Shown here in pieces: positions 60,368 through 64,000 of a DNA stretch of 64,000 nt (position 1 is its first letter; every line of letters begins with the position of its first letter). Under the pieces are notes generated by a model. That model was not told where the DNA came from, did not search any database, and saw only the letters and a program-made list of their open reading frames with translations. This stretch comes from Geomonas sp. Lineage in GTDB: Bacteria; Desulfobacterota; Desulfuromonadia; Geobacterales; Geobacteraceae. Location: NCBI GenBank assembly GCA_035255025.1, contig DATFAB010000073.1, positions 18,186 to 82,185 of the forward strand. Reading direction: 5' to 3'. A program made the position numbers and the translations under genes.

Positions 60368-61276
60368 ATGGAACTTATAGGCAAGACCTCAATAGATTTC
60401 ATCGGTATGCGCAAGGTCTCTTTCATCATCTCCGGGATCTTCGCCATCATCGGGTTGATCGGGATCATCCAGATCGCCCGGGGCGCCGCCAACATGGGTA
60501 TCGACTTCTCCGGCGGCACCGAAATGCAGCTCAAATTCGCCCAGCCGGTGACCACCGAGCAGGCCCGTGCAGCCCTTGCCAAGGAAGGGATCAAGGACGT
60601 CGACCTGCAGGAGATCAAGGACGGCAACAAGCTCCTGATCAAGATGCGCAAGAGCAACATCTCCACCGGGAAGGTCGCCGACACCGTCGAGGCCGCCCTC
60701 AAGAAGGAGATGCCGGCCAACCCCTACTCGGTGGAGAGTTCCACCGAGATCGGCCCCTCCATCGGCGACAAGCTGAAGAACGACACCATGATCGCGGTGA
60801 TCGTCTCCATGCTCGGCATCGTCCTCTACATCGCCTGGCGCTTCGACTTCAAGTTCGGGGTGGGCGCGGTGGTGGCGACCCTGCATGACGTGCTCTTCGT
60901 GATCGCTGCCTTCTATGTGCTCCACAAGGAGGTCAACCTCCTGCTGATCACCGCCGTTTTGACCATCGCCGGCTATTCCCTCACCGACACCGTGGTCGTG
61001 TTCGACAGGATCAGGGAGAACATGCACAAAAGCCTCAAGGAGCCGATGGCCTCCGTGTTCAACCGGAGCATCAACGAGGTGCTTTCCCGTACCATCGTTA
61101 CCTCGCTCACCGTCTTCCTGGCGGCCGGCACCCTCTGGCTGTGGGGGGGCGAGGTGATCCACGACTTCGCTTTCGCGCTTTTGTGCGGGGTCTTCATCGG
61201 GACCTACTCGTCCATCTTCGTGGCCAGTCCGATCGTGGCGCTTTGGGAAAAGACCCCGGTCGAGACCAAGGCTTAA
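60368..61276 (+). CDS. secF: Protein translocase subunit SecF
   Basis: GIDFSGG, LHDV, GYSLTDTVVVFDRIRE, GTYSSIFVA. Confidence 0.97.
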   Translation: MELIGKTSIDFIGMRKVSFIISGIFAIIGLIGIIQIARGAANMGIDFSGGTEMQLKFAQPVTTEQARAALAKEGIKDVDLQEIKDGNKLLIKMRKSNISTGKVADTVEAALKKEMPANPYSVESSTEIGPSIGDKLKNDTMIAVIVSMLGIVLYIAWRFDFKFGVGAVVATLHDVLFVIAAFYVLHKEVNLLLITAVLTIAGYSLTDTVVVFDRIRENMHKSLKEPMASVFNRSINEVLSRTIVTSLTVFLAAGTLWLWGGEVIHDFAFALLCGVFIGTYSSIFVASPIVALWEKTPVETKA

Positions 61277-61286
61277 GGAGGCCCTT

Positions 61287-61853
61287 GTGAGCAAGGATAA
61301 TATTCTGCTCATCGTCGTTGCCCTGATCGTGGGATTCCTCGGTGGGTTCCTGATCGTCAACTTCTCCGGGCACAAGGAAGAACTCCCCGCCAACGTTTCG
61401 GTGCCGCAGGGAGCCGGCTCGCCCATGGATTACCAGCGGCGCATCGCCGAAGAGGAGAAGATGGTCGCCCAGGACCCCAAGAACGCCCAGGTCTGGAACC
61501 AGCTCGGCAACGACTACTTCGACACCGACCAGCCCCAAAAGGCGGTCAACGCCTACTCCAAGGTGCTCGAACTGCAGCCCAAGAACGTGAACGTGCTGAC
61601 CGACCAGGGGATCATGTACCGCAAGTTGCGCTGGTACGACAAGGCGATCGAGAACTTCGAAAAGGCCCAGGAGATTCAGCCTGGCCACCTGCAGAGTCTC
61701 TACAACCTCGGCATCGTCTACATGGCCGATCTCAAGCAGCCGGAGAAGGCCCGCGAGGTGTGGACCAAGTACCTGCAGTTCGATTCCACCAGTCCGACGG
61801 CCCAGCAGATCAAGGCTGATCTGGCCTCCATCCCGAAGGATATGGGGAAATAG
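61287..61853 (+). CDS. Membrane-anchored TPR protein
   Basis: N-terminal TM; TPRs (WNQLGNDYF, VLTDQGIMY, SLYNLGIVY); AGGAGG RBS. Confidence 0.9.
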   Translation: MSKDNILLIVVALIVGFLGGFLIVNFSGHKEELPANVSVPQGAGSPMDYQRRIAEEEKMVAQDPKNAQVWNQLGNDYFDTDQPQKAVNAYSKVLELQPKNVNVLTDQGIMYRKLRWYDKAIENFEKAQEIQPGHLQSLYNLGIVYMADLKQPEKAREVWTKYLQFDSTSPTAQQIKADLASIPKDMGK

Positions 61854-61870
61854 ACAGTCATGGCAGAAGG

Positions 61871-61899
61871 AAAAAACCCGCTTCGGCGGGTTTTTTTTT
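61871..61899 (+). terminator. Intrinsic terminator after the secDF operon
   Basis: AAAAAACCCGC-TTCG-GCGGGTTTTTTTTT. Confidence 0.9.
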
Positions 61900-62090
61900 A
61901 ACCGCGGCTCCGGTGGCCTCTCCGCTCTCCCTGCTCGGGGCTAGGCCGGGACCTCCCGGAATGCTAAGGGTGGGAGCTCCCGTAAGACAGGGGACCGGAA
62001 GCTTCCAGAACTTCTGCTGAACATTAACGAGAAGCATGCTATCTTTTAACGTATTTGTTGGCAGCGCTGCACAATAACCATGGAGTACCG

Positions 62091-63812
62091 ATGCAACCAG
62101 TTACCGAGCGCATATGGCGCCTGCGAGAGGCGAAACCCGAGGTGGTCGAGGCGCTGACCCGCTCCGGCATCCCCCAACTCCTCGCACGCCTGCTTGCCAA
62201 CCGGGGGATCTGCGAGACGCAGGCCGCCTCCGCCTATCTCAGCCCGACCCTCTCAACACTCCATGACCCGATGCTGCTCTCCGGCATGGAAGCCGCGGTC
62301 GAGCGGCTTTCTCTCGCGCTCTCCCGCGGCGAGCGGGTCTGCGTGCACGGCGACTACGACGTGGACGGTGTCACCTCCACGGCACTGCTGATCTCCTTTT
62401 TCCGCGCCGTGGGGCTCGACTGCTTCTCCTTCATCCCCAAGCGGCTGACCGAGGGGTACGGCCTCTCCAGCCACGGCGTGCAGGCCGCTACCGCAGGCGG
62501 GGCCAGCGTGCTGGTCACCGTCGACTGCGGGATTACCTCCCATGCCGAGGCGCTGCTTTGCCGCCAAGCCGGTATCGACCTGATCATCACCGATCACCAT
62601 TCGCCTCCCGAACCGCTTCCGGAGGCCTACGCCATCATCAATCCGCTGCAGCCCGGTTGCCTTTTTCCCTACAAGTCGCTGGCCGGGGTGGGCGTCGCCT
62701 TCCACCTGGTGATCGCGCTGCGTGCCAGGCTGCGTGCCGAGGGGCGCTTCTCTTCCCTCGCCGAGCCGGATATCCGCGCCTACCTTGACCTGGTTGCCCT
62801 CGGCACGGTGGCCGACGTGGTGCCGCTGGTGGGCGCCAACCGCGTACTGGTGAGCTACGGTCTGAAGCAGCTGACCACGGGCGGCAGGGTAGGGGTGCAG
62901 GCCCTGAAGGAAGTGGCGGGTGTGGCGGGCGAGGTCGGTTGCGGTGCGGTCGGCTTCCGGCTGGCGCCGCGCATCAACGCCGCCGGCAGGCTGGAGGATG
63001 CCGCAGTAGGACTGGAGCTGCTGCTTACCTGCGACCCCGTGCAGGCCAAGGCCATCGCCGCCCGGCTGGAGGAGAGTAACGCCGAGCGGCAGGCCATCGA
63101 GCGGGCGACCCTGGAGGAGGCGCGAGCCATGCTGAAGGAGGGGGCCTGCCGGGGACGCACCAGCATCGTACTCGGTTCCAGCGAGTGGCACCCCGGCGTG
63201 GTGGGGATCGTCGCCTCGCGGATCGCCGAACTGTTCCACCGGCCGGCCATCCTGTTCGCCCTGGAGGGAGGCACCGGCAAGGGGTCGGGACGCAGCATCC
63301 CGCGCTTCCACCTGCTGGACGCCATCCGCAGCTGTGCCGATCACCTGCTGCGCTACGGTGGCCACAGCCACGCCGCTGGCCTCTCCATCGCCGAGGACGA
63401 GCTGGAACGTTTCGCGCTCAGCTTCGATGAAGCTGCAGCGGGTGCCCTCGATGCCGAAGCGCTCATCCCGGTGCTCCCCTACGACGCCGAACTTACCGCC
63501 GCCGACCTCGTCGAATCGCTTCCCCTGGAACTGGACCGGATGAGGCCCTTCGGCATGGGCAACCCCGAGCCGCTCTTCTTGCTGCGGGGGGCGAAGGTGT
63601 GCGACTGGCGCGAGCTTAAAGGTGGACACCTCAAACTCTGCGTCTCCACCGGCGGGCGTACCTTCGACGCCATCGGCTTCGGCCTCGCCGATAAGGATGT
63701 CTCCGGCCCGCGTGTGGATCTGCTGTTCTCCCCCTCCATCAACGTCTGGAATGGGAAGCGTTCGCTGCAACTTACCATCAAGGATCTGCGCCAGGAGGAA
63801 CGATCGTGCTGA
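62091..63812 (+). CDS. recJ: Single-stranded-DNA-specific exonuclease RecJ
   Basis: GDYDVDG, TVDCG, TDHH, GTVADVV, PRINAAGR, GSGRS, GGHSHAAG, PFGMGNP. Confidence 0.97.
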   Translation: MQPVTERIWRLREAKPEVVEALTRSGIPQLLARLLANRGICETQAASAYLSPTLSTLHDPMLLSGMEAAVERLSLALSRGERVCVHGDYDVDGVTSTALLISFFRAVGLDCFSFIPKRLTEGYGLSSHGVQAATAGGASVLVTVDCGITSHAEALLCRQAGIDLIITDHHSPPEPLPEAYAIINPLQPGCLFPYKSLAGVGVAFHLVIALRARLRAEGRFSSLAEPDIRAYLDLVALGTVADVVPLVGANRVLVSYGLKQLTTGGRVGVQALKEVAGVAGEVGCGAVGFRLAPRINAAGRLEDAAVGLELLLTCDPVQAKAIAARLEESNAERQAIERATLEEARAMLKEGACRGRTSIVLGSSEWHPGVVGIVASRIAELFHRPAILFALEGGTGKGSGRSIPRFHLLDAIRSCADHLLRYGGHSHAAGLSIAEDELERFALSFDEAAAGALDAEALIPVLPYDAELTAADLVESLPLELDRMRPFGMGNPEPLFLLRGAKVCDWRELKGGHLKLCVSTGGRTFDAIGFGLADKDVSGPRVDLLFSPSINVWNGKRSLQLTIKDLRQEERSC

Positions 63813-64000
63813 GAGGGGAGCGCTTCAACAGGGCGGACCGGGTGATCAGGGTCGGTTTCTGGATCAACCTGTTGCTGATGGTGATGAAACTTGCCGCCGG
63901 CTATTTTGGCCATTCGGAAGCGGTCTTCGCCGACGGCCTGGAAAGTGCCTGCGATATGGTCGGCATAGGGATGACCATTATTGCCCTCAAGGTGGGCCGC
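63806..64000 (+). CDS. Cation diffusion facilitator transporter (5' part, runs off window)
   Basis: GTG at 63806: MLRGERFNRADRVIRVGFWINLLLMVMKLAAGYFGHSEAVFADGLESACD, typical CDF TM1-TM2. Confidence 0.85.
   Translation, partial: MLRGERFNRADRVIRVGFWINLLLMVMKLAAGYFGHSEAVFADGLESACDMVGIGMTIIALKVGR

Overview
GC-rich chromosomal window. Gene content (multiheme cytochrome, GEMM-I riboswitch, rfbA-rfbC-mreCD-mrdA-rodA and queA-tgt-yajC-secDF-recJ order) points to Geobacteraceae, probably Geomonas-like; this is inference. Most of the window is housekeeping: aguAB, nudC, sfsA, rfbAC, mreCD/pbp2/rodA, plsC-rnhA, pfkA, rarA, glgP, nadK-recN, oligopeptide ABC ATPases, queA-tgt-yajC-secDF, recJ. Accessory parts are: (1) a 3',3'-cGAMP-type GEMM-I riboswitch with an overlapping terminator ahead of an uncharacterised 2-TM gene; (2) a 1410-aa Ig/PKD-tethered cytochrome with 21 CXXCH plus one CX4CH motif, built from a duplicated module and preceded by a long leader resembling a decayed riboswitch; (3) an atypical soluble diadenylate-cyclase-like gene downstream of a SNF2 helicase, with a second SWIM-SNF2 nearby; (4) a HEPN/MNT toxin-antitoxin pair; (5) a heme-sensor HD-GYP protein. 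The least explained signals are an orphan 130-aa gene followed by an ORF-free region with a helically phased ~21-bp array of T(T/A)AGCT(T/A)A-like cores, a candidate bacterial Whirly-fold protein next to sfsA, a QTMAN/GTDC1-like glycosyltransferase in the rod-shape operon, three microproteins missed by the ORF track, and several dispersed palindromic or tandem repeat families. No rRNA, tRNA, CRISPR array or transposase was recognised. All family assignments come from motif recognition by eye; no searches were run.
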